Source: Candidatus Altiarchaeota archaeon (GTDB lineage Archaea; Altiarchaeota; Altiarchaeia; IMC4; SCGC-AAA252-I15). Taken from it: 64,000 nt of DNA. The stretch lies in contig JBDRLL010000010.1 of the NCBI GenBank assembly GCA_043813075.1, positions 64,001-128,000 on the forward strand, in the 5' to 3' direction. Shown here one piece after another: positions 53,635-62,997 of the stretch (the first letter of the stretch is position 1; each line of letters opens with the position of its first letter). The position numbers and the translations under genes are program-made. A model generated the notes under the pieces. That model had not been told where the DNA came from. It worked only from the letters and a program-made list of their open reading frames with translations, and did no database searches.

Positions 53635-55455
53635 ATGATGAAATTCCGCCGGTTTATCGAGTTAATGAACCCATTCAGCCTCTCTTCTAGGCTAACCTCA
53701 TCAGACAGCATTCCCGTCTTGTTTATGGCATTACTAGCATTATTGTTGGTAGTATCCCAGATTACTGAAAAACCAGTTGACATGACGTATGCCTTTTTTT
53801 GCTGGTTTAGCGGTTTTCTTGATGACTTCTTCCGGCAGTTTACCGGCTGGTCTGCTGGTAGCATCTGCACCGGGAAAGAGGGGTTGGTTAAGGGCGCATC
53901 ATTCTTCGTGTGGGCTGTCGGATTCCTATTGTGCGTGATCACTGCAAATGGGCTTAGGAAAAACGGCCTCCCAAGAAATTCGTTTGTTAACCTGCTTACT
54001 GTCGTATTAATCGCCGTCTTTATTGCCCGCGTGTTCGGGCTTTATCTGACGACCTCCCACTCGGACGGTTATGGCGATGAATACTTCTGGATTCACGGGG
54101 CATACTTCTACAACCTGTTTTTCGTAAAAAACGATTTTTTCAACGAGGACTGGCACAATTTCATATCCTATGAGGCTCCTCCTGTGAGCAGATATGTTAT
54201 CGGTTTCGCACTGGATCGCATAAACCACAGGATAGTTGAGACTGGTGGCGGCCTGACCCTCTTCCAAAAGGCTTGTTTTGATGTTATGTGCGGTAATCTA
54301 CGTGATAGCGCAATGGGTTATCCGGGGGATGCTAGGTTGATGGGTTACTGTGATTCTGTTCTACTGCAGTTGAAGGAGCCTGTTGTCCAGCGTCTTGATA
54401 AGGTGGACTATGATGTGGCTAGGCGGGTGATGTTACTGTTTGGCGTCTCAACTTCTTTGTTGTTGACTCTATTGTGTTCCCACTATCTTAACCGTGTTTT
54501 TTCGGGTTTGCTTGCGGCAACGGTGTTTCTCAGCAACGGGATTACCATACCTACGTTCCAGCTTGTTCTCCTTGACGCGATGTGCTGCTTCTTCATCCTC
54601 CTCTCCTTGATTTCGTTAATAGAGTTATCCGGCAAGCTAAGGAGATATTGTACTACCAATTCCTCCAGTAGTCTGGGTGGTAAGCGGTTGTGGGAAGTGG
54701 CTGTTTTATCCATAGTAACTGGTTTCCTATTGTCTTTGGCTGTTGGGACGAAATTTATCTCCGCTTACCTGGTCGTTACCGTCGTTGTGGTTTTTATCGT
54801 AAAAATGTTTTTTGAACATGGGATGGTTGGGCCGGGCCATGGAGAGCATAATCGTTTGCTGAGGATGGCCTCTCTTATGGGCGTTTTTGTCTTGGTCTTC
54901 ACGTCCGCTTTCGCATTCTTTGTGCTGATGAATCCCTTCATTTACCCCAGTCCTATAGGTAATACCCTGAAGTTGTTCAATAATCGGCTTGATTCAATGG
55001 CACTCCAGGAGAGGGTGGTGGGCGAGGTTAGCATGCCCCACATGATATTGTTTGGTGAATTGGAGACAAAGCAGATAATAAAGGATGTGAGGATACGGTC
55101 GTTATCACATAGGCTGCGGCTGCTCTATTCGAAGGGGCTGTTGCTTAACCACAGGTTTCAGGTTCCATTCTACGAGTTGATTTATGTGTTCCTGATTCTT
55201 GCGGGATTATCCCACATAATCAGAGAATCGTGTGGTGAGCTATCTGAGGGCTTTTTCGGGAATCACTCGGTAGTGACCGCATTCATCATCTTAACATTCC
55301 TTGTGAACGGGACGTTTATGAACTCTGACTGGGACCGGTATTACACTTATTTTGCCGTATGCACCTGCATGATGCTCGCATTTGGGGTTGAGGTTGTGTT
55401 GCGTTCAGCGGACGTTTATCTTCATAAAATCGTAATCAGCATGTGGGAAGAATAA
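53635..55455 (+). CDS. GT-C (GT39/PMT-like) polytopic membrane protein
   Basis: Multiple TMs, DE..W, DWH....YE.PP, AR, K in TM loop, NP..Y..P, W.RYY. Paralogous to 61449-62993. Confidence 0.7.
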   Translation: MMKFRRFIELMNPFSLSSRLTSSDSIPVLFMALLALLLVVSQITEKPVDMTYAFFCWFSGFLDDFFRQFTGWSAGSICTGKEGLVKGASFFVWAVGFLLCVITANGLRKNGLPRNSFVNLLTVVLIAVFIARVFGLYLTTSHSDGYGDEYFWIHGAYFYNLFFVKNDFFNEDWHNFISYEAPPVSRYVIGFALDRINHRIVETGGGLTLFQKACFDVMCGNLRDSAMGYPGDARLMGYCDSVLLQLKEPVVQRLDKVDYDVARRVMLLFGVSTSLLLTLLCSHYLNRVFSGLLAATVFLSNGITIPTFQLVLLDAMCCFFILLSLISLIELSGKLRRYCTTNSSSSLGGKRLWEVAVLSIVTGFLLSLAVGTKFISAYLVVTVVVVFIVKMFFEHGMVGPGHGEHNRLLRMASLMGVFVLVFTSAFAFFVLMNPFIYPSPIGNTLKLFNNRLDSMALQERVVGEVSMPHMILFGELETKQIIKDVRIRSLSHRLRLLYSKGLLLNHRFQVPFYELIYVFLILAGLSHIIRESCGELSEGFFGNHSVVTAFIILTFLVNGTFMNSDWDRYYTYFAVCTCMMLAFGVEVVLRSADVYLHKIVISMWEE

Positions 55456-56877
55456 ATGAAAATCACGCTTCTTTATCCGAAAAAATCCGATGAATACGTG
55501 GGATACCTGCCCTCCCCTCCTTATGGTCTGCTATGCCTTGCGGGAGTCTTACTCCGGGAAGGCCATTCTCCAAATGTTGTTGACTTGAACTTTGTGGGTG
55601 AGTCGGAGGCTATTGGTCGTATTAACGGCTCTGATGCGGTAGGCATCTACGCATCAATCGACGTATACTGGGAGGCGTTAAGGCTGGCTAAGGTGTCGAA
55701 AGGCTGCCGCAAGTTCGTTATCCTTGGCGGGCCGCAGGTCACTGCCTTCCCTGGGATGGCTCTTGATTGCCCTGACGTTGATGTTGTTGTTCTGGGCGAG
55801 GGTGAGGCGACGATAATTGATTTAATCGGCTGTTTGGTTGAGGGCGGGGATTTGTCGGTGGTTGATGGCATCGGTTTCAAACGGGATGGTGCTAAGGTTT
55901 TCACCCGGAAAAGGGGTTTTATCAGTGATATTGATGCGTTGCCTCTCCCCCCGTTCCACCTGCTTCCCATACAGGATTACTTGGCTTATTGGCGTAAAAA
56001 CTATGGGTACACTGCCATCAACATTGTCACCAGCAGGGGATGCCCGTACAACTGCATATACTGTTCCAAACAGACATTCGGGGGTTTATACCGTGCCAGA
56101 TCGCCAATCAGTGTCGTGGACGAGATGGAGCATATCAATGGAGCTTATCATCCTAGCGTTATCGTTATCCAGGACGACCTCTTTCTCCTCGACAGGAGGC
56201 GGGTCATCGGCATTTCCAAGGAGTTGATTGCCAGGGGACTGGCGGTGAGTTGGGTTTGCACTGCAAGAGTTGATATGGTTGATGGGGAAGTTTTGGGGTG
56301 GATGAGGAAGGCTGGTTGTGTTATGATAAACTATGGTGTTGAGTCTGGCTCTGAAAGGATGCTGGAGTATCTCGGCAAGGGCACACATAGGTCTCAGATA
56401 GTTTCCGCGTTCAAGCTGACAAAGGATGTTGGAATAAAAGCTGGCGCGTTCATAATGATCGGGATACCCGGTGAGACTGTTGAGGATATCGGGGAGACGG
56501 AGTCTCTGATACGGGAGATACGCCCTGACTGGATGAACGTCACGTTCTTCACGCCCATACCCGGTAGTCGTGCTTGGTCTGAGCTGGTTGGCGGCGAGGA
56601 CTTTGGTGGGGAATTTGTGGTGGATTTTAACTTCAGGACGTTCAGTCAGAGATACAATTTTTCGAATATGAGCGAATCAGAATTGAATAATGCTCGGGCA
56701 AGGATTAGGAGGGATCATTTCCTCAGGTCCGTATTATACCGGGTGATTAATGCCATCCGAAGGCCCAGTATCATGTTCTCCTATCTCAGGAAGCTTATGG
56801 TCTTCCTGTCTTCGGGTGGTGGGTTCCGATTGAACACGTTTGTAAAGAGTAATCTTACCTGGTTTTACAAGGATTGA
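55456..56877 (+). CDS. B12-binding domain radical SAM protein
   Basis: PPYGLLCLAG, GGP, GEGE, SRGCPYNCIYC, GVESGS. Confidence 0.93.
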   Translation: MKITLLYPKKSDEYVGYLPSPPYGLLCLAGVLLREGHSPNVVDLNFVGESEAIGRINGSDAVGIYASIDVYWEALRLAKVSKGCRKFVILGGPQVTAFPGMALDCPDVDVVVLGEGEATIIDLIGCLVEGGDLSVVDGIGFKRDGAKVFTRKRGFISDIDALPLPPFHLLPIQDYLAYWRKNYGYTAINIVTSRGCPYNCIYCSKQTFGGLYRARSPISVVDEMEHINGAYHPSVIVIQDDLFLLDRRRVIGISKELIARGLAVSWVCTARVDMVDGEVLGWMRKAGCVMINYGVESGSERMLEYLGKGTHRSQIVSAFKLTKDVGIKAGAFIMIGIPGETVEDIGETESLIREIRPDWMNVTFFTPIPGSRAWSELVGGEDFGGEFVVDFNFRTFSQRYNFSNMSESELNNARARIRRDHFLRSVLYRVINAIRRPSIMFSYLRKLMVFLSSGGGFRLNTFVKSNLTWFYKD

Positions 56878-56894
56878 GTGCGTTGATTCTCGAT

Positions 56895-57629
56895 CTACCC
56901 TACCTTTAATCTTTCGGTCGGAGGGTATCTGGTCAGAAAATCTTCTATGAAAAGCTTATACTCCTCCGTCAACTCTCCGGAGGATATCCGTATTAACGTA
57001 TCCCCATGCCACCATCCGTAGTAATGCATTATGTAGGGGTCTTTGCCTTTAATCATCGAGGATCCTTCTTCTGTCTCACCTATTACGTCGTCATTCGTGT
57101 AGAGTGATTCGTAATATTCCTTCTCTCTAGTGCCTAATATGACTCCAATGCGGTCATCCTTGCCTTTTTTATAGATTATGTGGATCCACTCATTCCCGTC
57201 TGACGTATTCACGATGCTGACAAATTCAAATGAGTATCCTAACGTCAAGTTGTCTTTGACTATGTATCTGCTGATTTTTTCATTGAATGTCTGATTCGGT
57301 TCGAATGCGCCTAAGTAGGTTATATTATCCGCGTCATTGTAGTATCTATTCCACCTTACTGCCCCTGGTCTGATGGTTGTTGTGACCAGCTTCTCGATTT
57401 TTATGAACTCACTGCTAGGCAACACAATCTTTATCGTTGTTGTGGTTGTTGCTTCTGGCTCTACTTGTGTGGGGCTTAGATAGTAGTATGCTATCAGTAT
57501 GGCGGCTGCGAGTAATACTATGATCACTGTTCTACTATCGGTTTTTCTGTCTTTTGGCCTAACCCCCTCCACTATCACTGGGCTTCCCTGACCTTCATCA
57601 CCCCAGAATTCTTCCTGGTCGCTCATCAT
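56895..57629 (-). CDS. Membrane-anchored hypothetical protein
   Basis: Single TM (VIIVLLAAAILIAYYYL) followed by a Thr linker and a globular domain. Confidence 0.7.
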   Translation of the reverse strand: MMSDQEEFWGDEGQGSPVIVEGVRPKDRKTDSRTVIIVLLAAAILIAYYYLSPTQVEPEATTTTTIKIVLPSSEFIKIEKLVTTTIRPGAVRWNRYYNDADNITYLGAFEPNQTFNEKISRYIVKDNLTLGYSFEFVSIVNTSDGNEWIHIIYKKGKDDRIGVILGTREKEYYESLYTNDDVIGETEEGSSMIKGKDPYIMHYYGWWHGDTLIRISSGELTEEYKLFIEDFLTRYPPTERLKVG

Positions 57630-57681
57630 AACCTGTTTACTATCTTTCCCTCCACTGCTTATATACCCTGCTCCTCGTTTG

Positions 57682-59889
57682 TCATGTTGTTGTTTTGGTT
57701 ATGTTGTATATCCATATTGAGTATCCTATATTGTCCATTGGCTCGTGTTTTCTAAGCCATTCATAGCAGTAGGGGTCTCCGAATTGCCCTGTCCTACTGG
57801 TGGTGCTGACAGCCAGCAAGCCTTCTACAGGGCCGCATTCAATCCCTGATTTTTTCTGTGCTGACATTACGTCCTGGTTGTTCGGCATTGACGTGTACCT
57901 TATCCCGTGTTCTTCTATTCTTGCGGTGCCGAAGTATGCTAGTTTTATCTCCTTGATATCGTTCTCATCCATGTACCTTTTGAGTCCAGGCAGGTCTTGG
58001 CCCCAGTCGATATTGGAGTCTGAAGCGTATTTGTAGCCGTTCTCCGGACCTCCTATCGCCTGGTTAAAGTATGATATGTAGTGCGGGTGGTATATTAGTG
58101 TTGGGAGTATGGATAATGCGACAATCAGGTATGCGAATCTCCTTGATGTCCGGCTCTTATTTAATAGCGCTTTCAATGGTTCTGCTAATAGCAGGTATAT
58201 CAACGGGAAGATGAATAACACAAGTCTTATCCCCGTCAGTATTGTCGAGGAAATGATTATCATGCATGCGATAATGATGTTCAGTATAAGGTAAATCCTG
58301 AACGAGGATAATTCCTGGTTGGTTGCCCCCCTTTTTTTTTGCTTAGAGAAAAAGTAGAATATCGACAAGAAGGACAGTATTATAACGCCTTCCGGCGTTT
58401 TTATCAATAGTGTGGTTGCCCAATAATCCAATCTATCCCTGATGCTGACGGGCTCCCTTTTCTTTATTGCCTCGTCTTTCACCAAGCCCGGTTTTATAGC
58501 CCCTATTACGCTATTCGATAGTAATGCATTCTTTATATAGCCTGCGTGCCCCACGTCCATGTGGATCTTTGTTCCGAATAACATGTACAGGTAATAGTCC
58601 GATAATGGGACCTTGAGTTTGACGATATTATCCCTCAATCCATTATCCAACCTCTCATCCTGGAAGAAGCGGACATCCTTTATTATGTATTCCCCCCAGT
58701 TATGGAGCCAGTCATAATTCATCTCATTGAAAAAATATCCTGCGTTCACAGTCGTCCCAGCGAATAAGACAATCATCACGTACGGCATGAGGCGCCTTAA
58801 TAACGGCAAAAACCAAGATGCAGTCCTGAAGAAAACCTTTTTTCTCGTGTCAGAGTATAGAATCCAGGATAACGTCAGCAATGAAGCGTAGGCTATTATC
58901 CTCTTGTCACCGCCATTGTATACTGCCACGCAACTAAGGGCGATAAAAACCAGGAGGCTGATAAGCAGAATCAAATCCCTGGCTCGGATCTCCTTAAATG
59001 CCCCTGCTCTAATGGCTGGCCTGGATTTACCAATCTTCCTGGGAAGAACAAGGAGTCTACTGACGGCATTAACAGACCTTCTAAGACCCCATATACCGAA
59101 TCTCACGGCTATTATCGAGGAATACAGTATGACCAGGTATATGCTGGATACCTTGCTGAGTAGCGCTAGTCCCAGTGTGACTCCCGTAATAACGCCCGCG
59201 AGCACGCTCTTCTTCTCCATGAACCTGGTGAAATAGTAGAAGGATATCAGGTTGAAACATACGGGGGCAATATCAGTTGTGGCTAGCCTGGCGTGAGCCA
59301 ATATGTTCGGGTTTAACGAGAATAGTGTTGTTATCAAACAGGCCGTCTCGAATCCGTAATACCTTTTTGCGAATATGAACAGGTATGTGCTGCATAATAT
59401 CAGTAGCAAGAGCGTTGAATATCTGGAATAGTACAAAAGGTTGTAGGGCCTGTATTCCTCTGCGTATAGGAATTTTTGGCTGAATTTTTCTGGATATTCC
59501 CTCCTCAATTCCTCTATGCCGTATAATCCTCTTGGGGGGTAGACTGTCAGATTTTCTTCATCCACCTCAAACAGTTCTTTTCCAGGGAAATCTCCTGTTA
59601 AATCATAAATGTAGAATGGTATGCTGCTAACGTAATATGATAGTGGAGGGTGCACTACTACCGGGATGAAGCTGGTGTAGTTAATCCAGGGTTTGTCCCA
59701 CTGCTTAACCATGTAATAACCCGTCCCAATATAATACGCCTCATCCCACACCGCTGATTTTTCCCTTATGCTTGTAGTGCCAATCAGCAGGATGACCATG
59801 GATAGCGAGGTTAAGAATATGAAATCCCTTCTGACTCCACTACTCTTCTTTATATCTGACGTAGTCCTTCTTCTGGAGGCCATGATCAT
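57682..59889 (-). CDS. GT-C glycosyltransferase (GT39/ArnT-like)
   Basis: S..WDE..Y..G, HPPL, PN.LAH.RLATTD, LLSK.S, KTP, YFN..GGP..G....DSN.DWGQDL. Confidence 0.88.
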   Translation of the reverse strand: MIMASRRRTTSDIKKSSGVRRDFIFLTSLSMVILLIGTTSIREKSAVWDEAYYIGTGYYMVKQWDKPWINYTSFIPVVVHPPLSYYVSSIPFYIYDLTGDFPGKELFEVDEENLTVYPPRGLYGIEELRREYPEKFSQKFLYAEEYRPYNLLYYSRYSTLLLLILCSTYLFIFAKRYYGFETACLITTLFSLNPNILAHARLATTDIAPVCFNLISFYYFTRFMEKKSVLAGVITGVTLGLALLSKVSSIYLVILYSSIIAVRFGIWGLRRSVNAVSRLLVLPRKIGKSRPAIRAGAFKEIRARDLILLISLLVFIALSCVAVYNGGDKRIIAYASLLTLSWILYSDTRKKVFFRTASWFLPLLRRLMPYVMIVLFAGTTVNAGYFFNEMNYDWLHNWGEYIIKDVRFFQDERLDNGLRDNIVKLKVPLSDYYLYMLFGTKIHMDVGHAGYIKNALLSNSVIGAIKPGLVKDEAIKKREPVSIRDRLDYWATTLLIKTPEGVIILSFLSIFYFFSKQKKRGATNQELSSFRIYLILNIIIACMIIISSTILTGIRLVLFIFPLIYLLLAEPLKALLNKSRTSRRFAYLIVALSILPTLIYHPHYISYFNQAIGGPENGYKYASDSNIDWGQDLPGLKRYMDENDIKEIKLAYFGTARIEEHGIRYTSMPNNQDVMSAQKKSGIECGPVEGLLAVSTTSRTGQFGDPYCYEWLRKHEPMDNIGYSIWIYNITKTTT

Positions 59890-60125
59890 GTTATGTCCTT
59901 AATTTAGGAGACTTCCGGGAAATATTAGCTTACTGCGGGTGGTATGCTCGATGGAATGTCAGATAATCCATCTGGAACCTGGACTTCCAGACATTCATCA
60001 GCGTCCGCTTTGATGCCGGCCTGATGGGATCAGAAGTCCTAAGCCATGGTAAAGAATAATCTAACCCTGTTATAAGCATTTCACCCAATGTTTTAATATC
60101 ATAAGGCCATAATATTACCCTCAAA

Positions 60126-61052
60126 ATGTTTGACGCTAAGAAGTTCATCGAGGAGAGTGTCGGGGAGATACGCGGTCAGATTGGGGGTCGTAAGACTGTT
60201 ATAGGATTGTCTGGCGGTGTCGACAGCAGTGTGGCGGCCGTACTCGTGCATAAGGCTATCGGGGATAATCTCGTCTCCATCTACGTTGACACGGGTTTCA
60301 TGCGTAAGGGCGAGTCTGATGAGGTCAGCGGGATATTCGCAGGCCAACTGCATCTTAACTTCCGGCTGGTTGACGCCGGCAAGGAGTTCATAAAGGAATT
60401 GAATGGCGTCTCAGACCCAGAGGAGAAGAGGAGGATTATAGGCCACAAGTTCATAGAAGTCTTCGAGCGGGAGGCTAAATCTGAGAAGGCGGTGGTGCTT
60501 GTTCAGGGCACGATAGCCCCAGACTGGATTGAGACGCAGGGCAAGATAAAGAGCCATCACAACCTGACCCTCCCCGGCGGGATGACTCTGGATTTGTGCG
60601 AGCCTTTAAGGGACTTGTACAAGGATGAAGTCAGGATTGTCGCCCGCGAGCTCGGCCTGCCTGAGAGCATAAGCGAGAGGGAGCCTTTCCCAGGGCCAGC
60701 GCTCGCCGTCAGGATTGTGGGGGAGATAACCCCTGAAAGGCTGCGTGTTGTGAGGGATGCGGATGCGATAGTCCGTGAGGAAGTTAGGAAGGGTGGTGTC
60801 GAATGCTGGCAAGGTTTCGCAGCCCTGCTTGAGGGGCGTGTGACTGGCGTTAAGGGTGACAGCAGGGACTACGGGTACATGATTGCGGTGCGTGTCGTGG
60901 AAAGCCTAGACGCGATGACCGCGAACGCTAAGGAAGTTGACTGGAGTGTTTTGAGGCGGATAGCGGACCGGATACCCCGCGAGATACCTGAGGTGACCCG
61001 CGTCCTGTACGACCTCACTAATAAGCCTCCGGCCACAATAGAGTTTGAGTGA
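60126..61052 (+). CDS. guaAB: GMP synthase ATP pyrophosphatase subunit B
   Basis: LSGGVDSS, DPEEKR..IG, QGTIAPDWIE, IKSHHN, PFPGP.LA.R, KPPATIEFE. Confidence 0.97.
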   Translation: MFDAKKFIEESVGEIRGQIGGRKTVIGLSGGVDSSVAAVLVHKAIGDNLVSIYVDTGFMRKGESDEVSGIFAGQLHLNFRLVDAGKEFIKELNGVSDPEEKRRIIGHKFIEVFEREAKSEKAVVLVQGTIAPDWIETQGKIKSHHNLTLPGGMTLDLCEPLRDLYKDEVRIVARELGLPESISEREPFPGPALAVRIVGEITPERLRVVRDADAIVREEVRKGGVECWQGFAALLEGRVTGVKGDSRDYGYMIAVRVVESLDAMTANAKEVDWSVLRRIADRIPREIPEVTRVLYDLTNKPPATIEFE

Positions 61053-61057
61053 TAATA

Positions 61058-61264
61058 ATGGGCAACGGAAACAGGGAGCTGATTACCGGCGGAGTCATAG
61101 GCGGGCTAGTTTTCGGCGGTAAGGTGATAACAGGGATGTTGTCTCCAATATGCCTCGCCGGTTCTGCGATGTTTCTGACTGTTGGCGGTGTCAAGAAACT
61201 GTATCCTGACAAGAGCCTTTCGCTTAGAAAGCGTGTTAAACTAAGGTTTGCTGAGAATGGGTAA
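61058..61264 (+). CDS. Small hydrophobic Gly-rich protein (paralogue 1)
   Basis: MGNGNRELITGGVIGGLVFGGKVITGMLSPICLAGSAMFLTVGGVKK..., alignable with the next ORF. Confidence 0.65.
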   Translation: MGNGNRELITGGVIGGLVFGGKVITGMLSPICLAGSAMFLTVGGVKKLYPDKSLSLRKRVKLRFAENG

Positions 61265-61445
61265 GGGCGATACTGAACTCGCGGTTGGAGGGGCTCTGGG
61301 CGGTCTGGCTGTTGGTGAAGTCCTGGTTCTGGGTGTCGCATGCCCTCTTTGTGTTGTCGGCGCAGCAGTGCTCCTGGCTGCCGGCGGCCTGAAGAAGGTC
61401 CGGACAAAGGTCGGGAAATCATGCGGCAGTCGCAAGATTAAGTGA
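61257..61445 (+). CDS. Small hydrophobic Gly-rich protein with CPxC (paralogue 2)
   Basis: MGKGDTELAVGGALGGLAVGEVLVLGVACPLCVVGAAVLLAAGGLKK...; overlaps the previous stop. Confidence 0.7.
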   Translation: MGKGDTELAVGGALGGLAVGEVLVLGVACPLCVVGAAVLLAAGGLKKVRTKVGKSCGSRKIK

Positions 61446-61448
61446 GCA

Positions 61449-62993
61449 TCACCTCCCTATCCTGTCCCTGAACCACAGGTATTCCTTCACCACCCTCTCA
61501 ATGCCTAGTGATATGAGTACTGGTATGAACATCGCGAAAGGCAGGTAGTATCTAATCCAGTCTATGTGAAATACTGAGCCTACTGTCAGTAGGACTATGA
61601 GTATCAGCATCCCAAGTATGCTGTAGTCTCCCACAAACCCGCCGGCAACCTCGGTTCTAATGCCCCTGAAAAGTCTCAATGCCCCGAAGTACACGAAGAG
61701 CAGGTGGAATGCGTAATAGGCGGGGGGTGTTGGAAAATAGTCTGAGTCAAGCAGTATGCCCCTGAAAAACAGGTAGAATACCCTCTTAACCAAAAAGTCT
61801 ATCCTGGTGGGCTCAGGCTCTATGTTGTGTTGCATCCTGATTAGCCTGACTCTATGCAATATCATGTTGTAGGTGTTTCCAACCGGGTCGGAGTAGAGGT
61901 ACGGGTTGAGGCAGACGAAGGCGAATGCAAAGGATGATGACACCAGCAGCCCGATTATTGCCGTGTTGATTATCCTGGCTTGGGGGAGGCGTCTGCCTGC
62001 GGCCAACGCTTTTATGCTGCCGATTAACGCATACCATGCAAGGAGGGTGAAGATTGTCATGATCATGAAAGCCGCGCTGAATTTCACGCTCAAAGCCAAT
62101 CCTGTTGAGACGCCGATCATAGAGGAGATTAATGCTGCTTTAAGGGTTACTCTTCCCTCCTCCTGGGTGGCCCTCATTTTTTCAAAAAGTTTGAATGCGA
62201 GTATCACTGTTATGAGGGAGAAAAAGCAGTATATCATGTCCGGCAGGACCATCTGTGATGTGGGGGTTGTTATCCCGTTAACCAGGAATATCTCGCCGCC
62301 TATGAACGATGCTATCCTGCTTTGGTGGATCATGTGGCAGATTATCATGACGAGAACTGCTGAAATCACCGAGAACGCGAATATTGTCTTTCGTGCCGTG
62401 ATATAGTCTTCATAGCTTATCCGGGTTATTTCTGTTCCCTTCACGTAATCCATCATGTACTCAAGGTACTTTATGTCGTCGTCTACCTCAGAGTAACCCC
62501 TTTTTCCCGTCTCATTCGAGATGCCCTTGAGTGTCGGGAAATAATACAGCATTGTTGAACTGTTATGCCATGATATCATCCCGCCGCTGGAGTTGACGAC
62601 CTTGTGGTTGAAGACGTCCAAAGAGAATCCGAGCACGAACTTGCCTAGGTTCGGCTGGTCGTATACCAATGGACTATGCCAATCCTCGTGGGAAAGGTCT
62701 CTCTTCTTGAAAAACAGGTAGTACATGTACGTGTTGTGCATCCAGGATATCTCATCGATATGCCGTATCCTGTATGCCGGAAATTCGAACAGTTCCCTGG
62801 TGTTCTCCACGAAGCCTATATTCTTGAGGTAGAATCCATGATCCTCCCAGTAAACGCCATCGCTTATGTGAAATACTGTCGCTAGGAATAGGATTACGAG
62901 AATCACGTCGATGAGCCTGTCATTGAGCCTTCTATGCGTATCTGTCTTGTCTTCCACGATACATCTTATTAGTCCATAAAAATTAATATTCAC
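61449..62993 (-). CDS. GT-C (GT39/PMT-like) polytopic membrane protein
   Basis: DE.SW, DWH....YDQP, DY..AR, NGIT.PT.Q.VL.D, VKF, NPYLY.DP.GNT, W.RYY. Start codon uncertain. Confidence 0.72.
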   Translation of the reverse strand: MNINFYGLIRCIVEDKTDTHRRLNDRLIDVILVILFLATVFHISDGVYWEDHGFYLKNIGFVENTRELFEFPAYRIRHIDEISWMHNTYMYYLFFKKRDLSHEDWHSPLVYDQPNLGKFVLGFSLDVFNHKVVNSSGGMISWHNSSTMLYYFPTLKGISNETGKRGYSEVDDDIKYLEYMMDYVKGTEITRISYEDYITARKTIFAFSVISAVLVMIICHMIHQSRIASFIGGEIFLVNGITTPTSQMVLPDMIYCFFSLITVILAFKLFEKMRATQEEGRVTLKAALISSMIGVSTGLALSVKFSAAFMIMTIFTLLAWYALIGSIKALAAGRRLPQARIINTAIIGLLVSSSFAFAFVCLNPYLYSDPVGNTYNMILHRVRLIRMQHNIEPEPTRIDFLVKRVFYLFFRGILLDSDYFPTPPAYYAFHLLFVYFGALRLFRGIRTEVAGGFVGDYSILGMLILIVLLTVGSVFHIDWIRYYLPFAMFIPVLISLGIERVVKEYLWFRDRIGR

Positions 62994-62997
62994 CTAG

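Noticed and set aside
13985-61052. GMP synthase split into two genes 45 kb apart
   Set aside because: Separate guaAA and guaAB genes are normal in many archaea.
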